Assembly (NCBI GenBank): GCA_001829495.1
Contig: MIBJ01000037.1
Span: forward strand, 39,521-103,520
Length of the DNA stretch: 64,000 bases
Origin: Spirochaetes bacterium RBG_16_49_21
GTDB lineage: Bacteria > Spirochaetota > UBA4802 > UBA5550
Reading direction: 5' to 3'
Part shown: piece after piece, positions 27,140 through 35,072 of the stretch
How the letters are laid out: each line of letters starts with the position of its first letter
Position numbering within the stretch: the stretch's first letter is position 1
Program-made: the position numbers and the translations under genes
Notes under the pieces: model-generated
What the model was told of the DNA's origin: nothing
Seen by the model: only the letters and a program-made list of their open reading frames with translations
Databases searched by the model: none

Positions 27140-29512
27140 ATGCGATATTACAATAAAAGAAATAAATATATGATAGGCATCGGGGTACTGCTGTTTCTTC
27201 TCGCAGCAGGCGGGATTTCGCTTTTTATTTTTTTATACTCCCCGCGCCTGCGCGCGCCGGACGATATCCTTGACCGGCGTCTGCAGCAGATTGAGGCGTA
27301 TTCCCGCGTGCTGGAAACAGACCCTTCCGACGTCCACTCGCTCATAAAGATCGGGAACTTGTACAAGTCCATCGGTGAAATCAAGAAGGCCGTTGATTAT
27401 TATAAAAAAGCCCTGAAATATGATCCGGAAAACTATGAGGCATTGAACGAGCTCGGCCATGCGTATGCGCTGCTTGGGGATTATGATAAGGCTATCGAAG
27501 TGTTCAAAAGGGCGAAAAAATACCGCCCGGCGTATCCGGCTGCTTACAACAAGCTCGGCAATGTTTACGACGATCAGGAAAAATTCATAAAAGCTCTGGA
27601 TGAGTACCTGGCTGCGAAAAAGGTCGCCCCCCGGGATCAGGAAAGCTACCGGAACATCTCGCAGCAGAAGCTGCGCAATGGCGACATAAAAGGCGCCATT
27701 GCGATAGTGAAGGACGGCATTACGGCGAACCCGACCGATCCGGAAGGGTATTATAATCTCGGCAACCTGTATTACGGGATAAAAAAGTATGAGGATGCGA
27801 GAAAAAACCATGAGATAGCCGTTGAAAAAAATCCGGGAAAATCAAAGTACCACCGGGGCCTTGCTGAAGCGCTCCTGAAGCTTGGCGACCGGAACGCGGC
27901 CGTCAAATCCTTTGAAAAAGCCCTGGAGACAGATCCCGGCGACGCGGCCGCGGCTGAGCGGCTGGGCGACCTATACGCCGCACAGGGAGATTTTGACAAG
28001 GCTGCCCGCTATTACAAAAATGCACTGTCGTACAACAGCCGGGACCGGGACTTAAGACAAAAATACGCGGCAGCGTCAAAAAAGCGCGGTGGAGAAACAG
28101 CCTCAGCCGTTAAAAGGCCCCACAAAGAGATTATTCCTGAAAAAAAGGCCCTTCCCCTTGCTGAATCAGAATCCCTCGTCGACCGATCCAGGGAAAAACA
28201 AGCGGCCGCCGGGAAACAGGATACGGCCGGCAGGGAAGCCGTAAACTGGAGGGAGATCGGCGACCGGAAGCGCAACCAAAGGGACTTCGACGGCGCACTG
28301 GAGGCGTACGCCAAGGCTGTTGAAATCGATCGAAACGATGATCACTCACATTACTGGATCGGCAGAATCTTCTACTACAAGAAACTATACGGCAAGGCAA
28401 TCGCTGCTTTCGAAAAAGCCGTGGCCGCGAATCCCCGGCACGCCGATGCGTACTACCATCTCGGACTCCTGCTCTATTTAGAAAAAAAATACCGGCAGGC
28501 GCTCGGCTCCTTTGACTTGGCGATACGGCTTAAGCCGAAATTTCCGAAGGCGTATTATTCCCGAGGCCTCTCATTTTCGCGGATTCACGACACGGCTAAC
28601 GCCATACGTGACTTTAAAACAGCCATCTCTCAGGACCCGGCCTTGACGCGCGCCTATTTTAATCTGGGAGACGTCTACCTGGAAACCAAAGATTACCCGA
28701 AAGCCCTGGAATATTTTTCCAAGGATCTGGAGTACCGTCCGAATAACCCCTACACGAACTTTAAGATGGCCGAGACCTACCATGACATGAAGGATTACGC
28801 TAACGCTGTACGTTTATATGAAAGGACTCTGGAGCTGGATCCTGAAGATTATCAATCATACTTCAACCTCGGCTTGATATACGCCCAAAAGGAAGACTAT
28901 CAGAAATCAATCCAGATGTTTTCGAAGGCCGCTCGCTTGAAGAACGACCACGCTCCTTACTATGAGATGGGGAAATCGTATGAGGCATCGGGGGACAGCG
29001 ACAAGGCGTTTGACTCCTACTCGCGCGCGCTTGAGTTGAATCCGAAAGATATCAAGCCGTATATAAACCTCGGTGCGCTGTATGCCAAAAATAAACAATA
29101 TGAAAAAGCAATAGATCTTTATAAAAAGGCCGTGGCTCAGAACCCGGATTCCTTCACCGCCCACCATAACCTCGGCAACGCGTACCGTGAATCCAGGGTA
29201 TATTCGCTGGCCATAGATGAGTACAAAACCGCGCTGAAAATAAAACCGATGGATGCAAAGACCCAATTTTTCCTCGGAGTCTCCTTCCGCGATTCGGAGA
29301 ATTATGCCGAGGCGGTCCAATCTTTTGAAAAATCCCTTGCGATCAACGGCAGCCTCTATGACGCTCATGAAGAGCTGGGGATGCTGTATTACCGGAATCT
29401 CAAAAATAAAGAGAAGGCTTTGCTCCATTTCGAAAAGCTGTTATCGCTTAAACCGAATCATCCGCGAGCCGGAGAGATTAAGAACATCATTGCGGTTCTG
29501 AAGCATAACTGA
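27140..29512 (+). CDS. large TPR-repeat protein (790 aa) with N-terminal membrane anchor
   Basis: About 18 tandem 34-residue TPR units of the 'A..Y..AL...P....A...LG..Y' type, in two blocks split by a charged low-complexity linker. Confidence 0.85.
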   Translation: MRYYNKRNKYMIGIGVLLFLLAAGGISLFIFLYSPRLRAPDDILDRRLQQIEAYSRVLETDPSDVHSLIKIGNLYKSIGEIKKAVDYYKKALKYDPENYEALNELGHAYALLGDYDKAIEVFKRAKKYRPAYPAAYNKLGNVYDDQEKFIKALDEYLAAKKVAPRDQESYRNISQQKLRNGDIKGAIAIVKDGITANPTDPEGYYNLGNLYYGIKKYEDARKNHEIAVEKNPGKSKYHRGLAEALLKLGDRNAAVKSFEKALETDPGDAAAAERLGDLYAAQGDFDKAARYYKNALSYNSRDRDLRQKYAAASKKRGGETASAVKRPHKEIIPEKKALPLAESESLVDRSREKQAAAGKQDTAGREAVNWREIGDRKRNQRDFDGALEAYAKAVEIDRNDDHSHYWIGRIFYYKKLYGKAIAAFEKAVAANPRHADAYYHLGLLLYLEKKYRQALGSFDLAIRLKPKFPKAYYSRGLSFSRIHDTANAIRDFKTAISQDPALTRAYFNLGDVYLETKDYPKALEYFSKDLEYRPNNPYTNFKMAETYHDMKDYANAVRLYERTLELDPEDYQSYFNLGLIYAQKEDYQKSIQMFSKAARLKNDHAPYYEMGKSYEASGDSDKAFDSYSRALELNPKDIKPYINLGALYAKNKQYEKAIDLYKKAVAQNPDSFTAHHNLGNAYRESRVYSLAIDEYKTALKIKPMDAKTQFFLGVSFRDSENYAEAVQSFEKSLAINGSLYDAHEELGMLYYRNLKNKEKALLHFEKLLSLKPNHPRAGEIKNIIAVLKHN

Positions 29513-29566
29513 ATTACAGCTCAAAAATATTTTCAGGTTCCGGCTTGTCCATGGTAGGATTTATGT

Positions 29567-30103
29567 ATGATGATATCAATCAATAAAGCGCGAATTCATA
29601 TGAAACCGGGGCTTGCCGTTATTTATGCCCTGGCGCTGCTCGCCGCGTGCGGCAGCTCCTGTTCGTTGCAAACCAGGAGCGCGTTGGAAATCAAAACAAG
29701 CGGCTTCATTTCCGAAAACTGTTATCAGGCGATTCTGAAGATTGCTCCCAACGACAACGCGCAGGGGCTCGTGGCCAAAAGGGAGAGCGCATATTTGAAA
29801 TCGAAGACAGCCGCTTTGAAGGAGATGGCGCTGGACAATCTGTCAAATTATTGCATGGAAAAGAGGCTTCAAAAGAACGACATAAATAGAAAAGAGATAA
29901 ACCTTTCCGTGCTGAGAATAAACCTCTTGAGTAAGCTGGACGATCTTGTGGGGGACGGTTCGATCGCCTTTGCCTACTATGATGAAACGAACTCCCTCAT
30001 AATCGGATACCGGATATTCAAGAACGGCTTCAAGCAAAAGATTGATGCTCTGGCCGATGAAGTGGAGCTGCGCCAGGGAAGTGCTGCCGGCCGGAGGAGG
30101 TAA
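29567..30103 (+). CDS. lipoprotein of unknown function
   Basis: 'MKPGLAVIYALALLAACGSS' lipoprotein signal; the start may be 29600 rather than 29567. No recognisable domain. Confidence 0.65.
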   Translation: MMISINKARIHMKPGLAVIYALALLAACGSSCSLQTRSALEIKTSGFISENCYQAILKIAPNDNAQGLVAKRESAYLKSKTAALKEMALDNLSNYCMEKRLQKNDINRKEINLSVLRINLLSKLDDLVGDGSIAFAYYDETNSLIIGYRIFKNGFKQKIDALADEVELRQGSAAGRRR

Positions 30104-30106
30104 AAA

Positions 30107-30568
30107 ATGTTCAGCGGAATCATCAGGCGGGCCCTCCTCATCTTAATGGCGTTCGGTCTATATGCTTCCGGCTGCTCCGCTCCAACACCAAAAAACGCGC
30201 AGCCCTGCGACGATGCTGCCGCTTTTCCCGACAGCCCGAATGCAAAGAAAAAGTACCTGGCTGAAGGCTTTATCTCCGACGAAATTTTTCGGATTGTCAT
30301 CGTTTCACCGAAGGATAAGGGCGATCCGGATATGGAAAACATAAAAAACAGGGCCAAGCGGCGAATGTGCGCGTCGCTTGAAGGGAATCTTTCCGCATAC
30401 GGCAACAACATCGGCAAGAATGCGAAAACGGAGATAGACAATCTTATTGAAAAAAACGGCAGACTCGCAAAAAAGGATGTCGATTCCCAACGCTATAACG
30501 TCTATTATTTTGACATCGTAAAAAAGGATCTGAAAAGCTATCTGAAAAATATTTCCTGCGAACGATAG
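30107..30568 (+). CDS. lipoprotein of unknown function, weak paralog of the preceding gene
   Basis: 'ALLILMAFGLYASGCS' lipobox. Shares 'GFIS(E/D)..(Y/F).(A/I).(L/I)...P' with the preceding ORF. Confidence 0.65.
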   Translation: MFSGIIRRALLILMAFGLYASGCSAPTPKNAQPCDDAAAFPDSPNAKKKYLAEGFISDEIFRIVIVSPKDKGDPDMENIKNRAKRRMCASLEGNLSAYGNNIGKNAKTEIDNLIEKNGRLAKKDVDSQRYNVYYFDIVKKDLKSYLKNISCER

Positions 30569-30622
30569 CAGGTGCCGTAGGCACTCCCCTCCCGGGGGAT
30601 TTAGGGGGCCGAAAGGCTTGAT

Positions 30623-31201
30623 TTAATGATTCTTCCGCTGGTTCTCGGAATAAATGTAGTAGGATAAATTCTTTAAAATAAACAGATCGAGCCGTTCTTT
30701 ATCCGCTCCATATATGCTGCTGAACATAATCCCTATTCCATATTCACCGTTCACCTTTCCGGTGCGGATTACCATCGCCAGCGCCTCAACCTCGTTTAAC
30801 TCTTCATCGACATTTTTAAAATCGATGATAACCTTGATTATCGAAGATATCTCAATCGCCTTGCCGTACTTGAAATAGAGCCCACCCCTGCTGATGTTGA
30901 CGATTTTACCTACAAATTCTATCGCATTGGTATCTTCGCTGGAGGATTCGATCAAGGTTTCAATAACCTGGATCGGGATTTCAACATCGAGCCTGAAATG
31001 TTTCCGACCGCTCATCTTAGTCGATTTGCTGTAATTTCTTATAAGCCATTCATCAAATTTCAAGCCGAACCATTGATTCATTGAATCATCAAATGTCGTC
31101 CCGCTCTTACTCCGGAGCATCAATTTATGATATTCTGTGATTTCATGTTTGATTTCGTTGGATAATTTTTCAAATTTTATGTAATGATTTTTCATACTCA
31201 C
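30623..31201 (-). CDS. PilZ-domain (c-di-GMP-binding) protein with uncharacterised N-terminal domain
   Basis: 'GRKHFRLD' (RxxxR) and 'NISRGGLYF' ([D/N]xSxxG) are the PilZ c-di-GMP motifs. The gene is AT-rich. Confidence 0.75.
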   Translation of the reverse strand: MSMKNHYIKFEKLSNEIKHEITEYHKLMLRSKSGTTFDDSMNQWFGLKFDEWLIRNYSKSTKMSGRKHFRLDVEIPIQVIETLIESSSEDTNAIEFVGKIVNISRGGLYFKYGKAIEISSIIKVIIDFKNVDEELNEVEALAMVIRTGKVNGEYGIGIMFSSIYGADKERLDLFILKNLSYYIYSENQRKNH

Positions 31202-31243
31202 GCGCTCCGGAGTTATTGATGCATTATCTCAAAATGAAACAGA

Positions 31244-31288
31244 TGCTCCTCGCAATGACATTTGCGTCAGTTTTACAACAAGTCTATT
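31244..31288 (+). repeat. half copy of the 'CATTGCGAG' hairpin repeat, followed by the AGTTTTRCAACAAGTCTA motif (occurrence 1)
   Basis: TGCTCCTCGCAATGACATTT (31244-31263) is identical to 52650-52669. CAGTTTTACAACAAGTCTA matches 62109-62127 at 18 of 19 positions. Confidence 0.7.
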
Positions 31289-31415
31289 TTTTATATTTAA
31301 TCAAATAAAAATCAAATATTTTCTTGAAAATATTCGATATTAGTAATAGAATCTACTGTTTTGTTAAACACTAATCATGATTCTGTTTAATTTAATTTTT
31401 TGAATTAGTAACACT

Positions 31416-33173
31416 ATGAAGCGTGTGGTAAATTCTGCATCATTGATCTTTCTTTTCATTCTGGGCATATGGAGGGGAGCAGATTCCTCCCCCGATATCA
31501 AGCTCGCGCAAGAGCAGTCACCCACGATCATGCGCATACTCACCAGTGAAAAAAATATCGTTCGTCGAAGCAGGATCACGGAAATAATCAACAGGATCGA
31601 TCACACCTACACCTGCCTGTATGAAAATCTTCTGAAGGGAAACAAGCTGAAGATATTTTTTGATCCTGCTCACGGCTTGCTTCCCAACGGCCGGTGGCAG
31701 GGCGGGGAAGCGACTCGCCGGATGAGCTGCACCAATCTTCCGGAGGAATACTACTCGATCAGGATTTCGAGAATGATGTATGAGCTCCTGAAAAATAACA
31801 GCTTCATCGAGGTCAAGACAACCGATGACTTTATGGCCGTTCTCAAAGGAACAAGCGACGTCTATCATGATATTCCCTTTACAACGACCGTCGAGCTTGC
31901 GGAGAAAGCTCAGGCTTTCATCATCATATCCGAACACCTCAACAACATATCCATACTGTACAAGGCTGACGGCAGGATCAATCTTCCGGGTATCCATATT
32001 ACGCGCAACGGCTATGGCTGGAGGGTGCTCCAATATGTCAAGGATACTTATTCCGGCTTTCTCACCCTGTACAACAAGCTTGACGCCAGCGGCTTCTCGC
32101 TGGACTACGCCCTGAAGCTGAAAAAGATGCTCATCGCGGAAGGTCTGAAGCCAAACAGCTGGAATTTCGGCGCCGTGGGGGATTCCCGCTTCTGCTATTT
32201 CGTTGATTTTCCCGTGTCAATCATCTATGAATCCGGATTCATATCAAACCCTGAAGAAGAAAAAAACCTGCGCGATCCCGATTATATCAAGAAGATCGTT
32301 TCCCCGCAATATAACGCTCTCATCGAAACAATACAAGAGGCATTCGGGGTGGATATCTCCGGCTCCACGGTAAAAAAAACCGGAGAAATTTCCACTGACC
32401 GGATAGAGCTTCTGAAGCTTGCGCGGCTGGCGGTCTATTACGTCCAAACCGGAAACAGCCAAAGCGCTATCGGTGCGATACGCGAGATGGAAAAAAAATA
32501 TCCCGGGACTAAATATTCTGAATATACCTCCTTCTATACCTGCATTAAAAACAGCCTGATCAGGTCATGCGGATACTACGGCATCGCGCAACAGTACAAG
32601 CGCAGAAAAAACTACCGGTCCGCCAGGAAGTATTTCGTGATGGCGCGCCGTGCGCTTTATACGGCGCCCATATTCTCCGTCCTCCGCGAGCGATACCACC
32701 GCGAGATCTCCAACACCGCCGGCTCTTACGCCATGCCGGCGGAGAAGCCGGATATTGTCTCCCGGGGAAAATCGGGCGCCTCCCTTTTTGCCGCTAAAGC
32801 GCCGAAGGGCAGGAGCATCATCTTCCCGGTTGAAGAAAACCAGAGCCTGGAGACCTCGATCAAGCTGGCCCTTGATCCCGACTTGAAAGACCTGGAAAAA
32901 CTGGTCAAATCTTTTCAAAATGCATCCTTCGTCGTAAAACAGAAGGTGATGCAATACTCCGCAAAAAAAATGCGCGACGTCGCAACCGGGAAGCCGATCC
33001 GGGTAAAAATCAATTTTGCCCCCGGCATTTATATAGTAAGGCTTGACAAAAATCTCAACGTTGCCAGTGCTCAATATGTAAACAGCGTGGTTCTCGATCC
33101 ACGGCGGTACCAGAACCACCAATATCTGAAAAATTCATATTTTGCACATGACACCAAGGACAGAGCCCTGTAA
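31416..33173 (+). CDS. N-acetylmuramoyl-L-alanine amidase-domain protein with long C-terminal extension
   Basis: Signal peptide. 'IFFDPAHG' and 'IIISEHLNN' ... 'ESGFISNPEEEKNL' resemble the Amidase_3 (MurNAc-LAA) zinc-ligand and glutamate motifs. The last ~290 aa are unassigned. Confidence 0.7.
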   Translation: MKRVVNSASLIFLFILGIWRGADSSPDIKLAQEQSPTIMRILTSEKNIVRRSRITEIINRIDHTYTCLYENLLKGNKLKIFFDPAHGLLPNGRWQGGEATRRMSCTNLPEEYYSIRISRMMYELLKNNSFIEVKTTDDFMAVLKGTSDVYHDIPFTTTVELAEKAQAFIIISEHLNNISILYKADGRINLPGIHITRNGYGWRVLQYVKDTYSGFLTLYNKLDASGFSLDYALKLKKMLIAEGLKPNSWNFGAVGDSRFCYFVDFPVSIIYESGFISNPEEEKNLRDPDYIKKIVSPQYNALIETIQEAFGVDISGSTVKKTGEISTDRIELLKLARLAVYYVQTGNSQSAIGAIREMEKKYPGTKYSEYTSFYTCIKNSLIRSCGYYGIAQQYKRRKNYRSARKYFVMARRALYTAPIFSVLRERYHREISNTAGSYAMPAEKPDIVSRGKSGASLFAAKAPKGRSIIFPVEENQSLETSIKLALDPDLKDLEKLVKSFQNASFVVKQKVMQYSAKKMRDVATGKPIRVKINFAPGIYIVRLDKNLNVASAQYVNSVVLDPRRYQNHQYLKNSYFAHDTKDRAL

Positions 33174-34119
33174 GATCGGAAACTGGTTCGGCAAGCCCTA
33201 TTTCCATTTCAGCGACTATCTGAGAGATACGTACCGCTGCAGGGTACTCAAGCTTCCGATCAACGCGAACCTCTCATGCCCGAACCGCGGCGCAATGAAT
33301 TCCGGATGCATTTTCTGCTCGGAGGACGGATCGGCATCCCCCGGCATCGGCGGCCGGACATCCATACCGGAGCAGATGGAATCCGCAAGAAAAAATTTCA
33401 AGCGCATTGACGCCGGCACCAGATTCATAGCATACTTCCAGGCATACACCAACACCTACGCGCCCCCGGCTCAGCTGAAAAGGCTGTACGATCAGGCGGT
33501 TCGACAACGGGACGTCATAGGCCTCATGATCGGAACGCGGCCCGACTGCCTCCCTGATCAGACCCTGGATCTCATAGCCTCGTATCAAAAGGATGGATTC
33601 GAGCTCTGGCTTGAGATCGGCATGCAGACGATTCATGACAAGAGCCTTGAATTTTTGCGCCGCGGACATTCCAGCAGCGCTACAATGAACGCAGTCGAGC
33701 GGGCGGTTCGTAAAAATATTCCGGTCTGCGTGCATCTCATACTGGGGATCACGGGTGAGGATTGGAAGGAGATGATGGATACGGCCGATGCTCTGTCTCA
33801 GATGCCTGTACGGGGGGTCAAATTCCATCACCTCCACGTGATACAAGGCACGCAGCTCGAAAAGCTCTTCCGCGCAGGCGAGGTCAAGCCCCTTTCTCAG
33901 AGAGAATATGTCTCGATACTCTGCGATTTTATCGAGCGCCTCCCCTCCTCCATCCTCATTCACCGCCTCATGGGCGACCGGGAGGAGTCGACCCTGGTTG
34001 CGCCCCGATGGAGCCTCAACAAGGGAACAGTCATAAAAGCGATAGAAGATGAATTCGCCCGGCGCGGGACGTTCCAGGGCTTTTTGTACAATGAGGGTCG
34101 TGGGTCGATTGACGGGTAA
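33142..34119 (+). CDS. TIGR01212-family radical SAM protein
   Basis: 'LKLPINANLSCPNRGAMNSGCIFC' cluster motif, then 'FIAYFQAYTNTY' and 'WLEIGMQT'. The start may be 33148. Confidence 0.85.
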   Translation: MHMTPRTEPCKIGNWFGKPYFHFSDYLRDTYRCRVLKLPINANLSCPNRGAMNSGCIFCSEDGSASPGIGGRTSIPEQMESARKNFKRIDAGTRFIAYFQAYTNTYAPPAQLKRLYDQAVRQRDVIGLMIGTRPDCLPDQTLDLIASYQKDGFELWLEIGMQTIHDKSLEFLRRGHSSSATMNAVERAVRKNIPVCVHLILGITGEDWKEMMDTADALSQMPVRGVKFHHLHVIQGTQLEKLFRAGEVKPLSQREYVSILCDFIERLPSSILIHRLMGDREESTLVAPRWSLNKGTVIKAIEDEFARRGTFQGFLYNEGRGSIDG

Positions 34120-34127
34120 CGAGACAG

Positions 34128-35072
34128 TTAAGAATTCGTCTTTCCTGAATGGGGATGATATTTTTCGAAAACCTTTCGGAGCCGCGCCTGCGTGGTATGG
34201 GTGTACACCTGGGTTGTGGAAAGATGCTTGTGGCCCAGCATTTCCTGCACGGCCCGGATATCAGCTCCCTGGTTCAGCAGCTCAGTAGCGAAGCTGTGGC
34301 GGAGCGAATGCGGGGATACCCGCCCGACGAGTCCCGCTTCCCTGGCGCGCCCGGCCACGATGTCGTATACCCCGCGCACCGTGATCCTGCCGCCCCGGTT
34401 GTTAATGAAGAGCGGATCAGAGACCGAGCCGAACTTTTTGATTCTCTCCGCAAGGTATCCTCGTATCGCATCAATCGTTCCGGCCGTAAGGAATACGATC
34501 CGCTCGTCAGCTCCCTTGCCGTATACCTTGAGCCTGCCGGAGTCGAAATCGAGATCCGCCATGTCCGCGAGGCAGAGCTCGGAAACCCTGGCGCCGGTTG
34601 AATAAAAAGTCTCCAGAATCGCCCTGTCCCGGAAATCGATGAAACCCTTCAGCTCGAAATCCAATAATCTCTCAATCTGGTTCAGGTGGAGGAATTTCGG
34701 AAGCCGGGATTCCTTTTTCGGATATCCGACCCTTGCAGCCGGGTTTGTTCCAATGAATCCCCGGTTAAACAAAAAACCGAAGAATGATCGTAGTGTGGCG
34801 ATTTTCCGCTCAATGCTCGAGCGCTTGCGTCCCTCATCGTACAAAAATTCGATAAAAGCCGTGATATCATCGGTGCCGATACGGGCCACGGGGATATCGT
34901 CATTCTCCACGACCGCCCTGACCCCGTATTTTTCACGGATGTCTTTCCCGCAGTCGCCGCACAGGAATCGGTAAAACTGGAGCAAATCCCTGCCGTACGA
35001 CTCACGGGTTTTCTCGGACGAGTTTTTTTCGTTTGCAAGGTAGCTCAAAAAGTGATCGATTTCAGCGGTCAT
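34128..35072 (-). CDS. xerC: tyrosine recombinase XerC/XerD family
   Basis: 'GARVSEL', 'HSLRHSFATELLNQGADIRAVQEMLGHKHLSTTQVYTH' (R-H-R-Y catalytic set). ATGA overlap with topA. Confidence 0.85.
   Translation of the reverse strand: MTAEIDHFLSYLANEKNSSEKTRESYGRDLLQFYRFLCGDCGKDIREKYGVRAVVENDDIPVARIGTDDITAFIEFLYDEGRKRSSIERKIATLRSFFGFLFNRGFIGTNPAARVGYPKKESRLPKFLHLNQIERLLDFELKGFIDFRDRAILETFYSTGARVSELCLADMADLDFDSGRLKVYGKGADERIVFLTAGTIDAIRGYLAERIKKFGSVSDPLFINNRGGRITVRGVYDIVAGRAREAGLVGRVSPHSLRHSFATELLNQGADIRAVQEMLGHKHLSTTQVYTHTTQARLRKVFEKYHPHSGKTNS

Noticed and set aside
28080-28270. Low-complexity charged stretches, such as the linker in the 790 aa TPR protein and the EEK-rich region at 55490-55620, as possible tandem DNA repeats.
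   Set aside because: No exact nucleotide periodicity is visible. They are compositionally biased coding linkers within intact ORFs.
34128-35072. Tyrosine recombinase as a marker of a prophage or integrative element, given tRNA genes elsewhere in the window.
   Set aside because: It overlaps topA (ATGA) inside the conserved dprA-topA-xerC housekeeping block. No phage, conjugation or att-like repeats flank it, so it is most likely chromosomal XerC/XerD.
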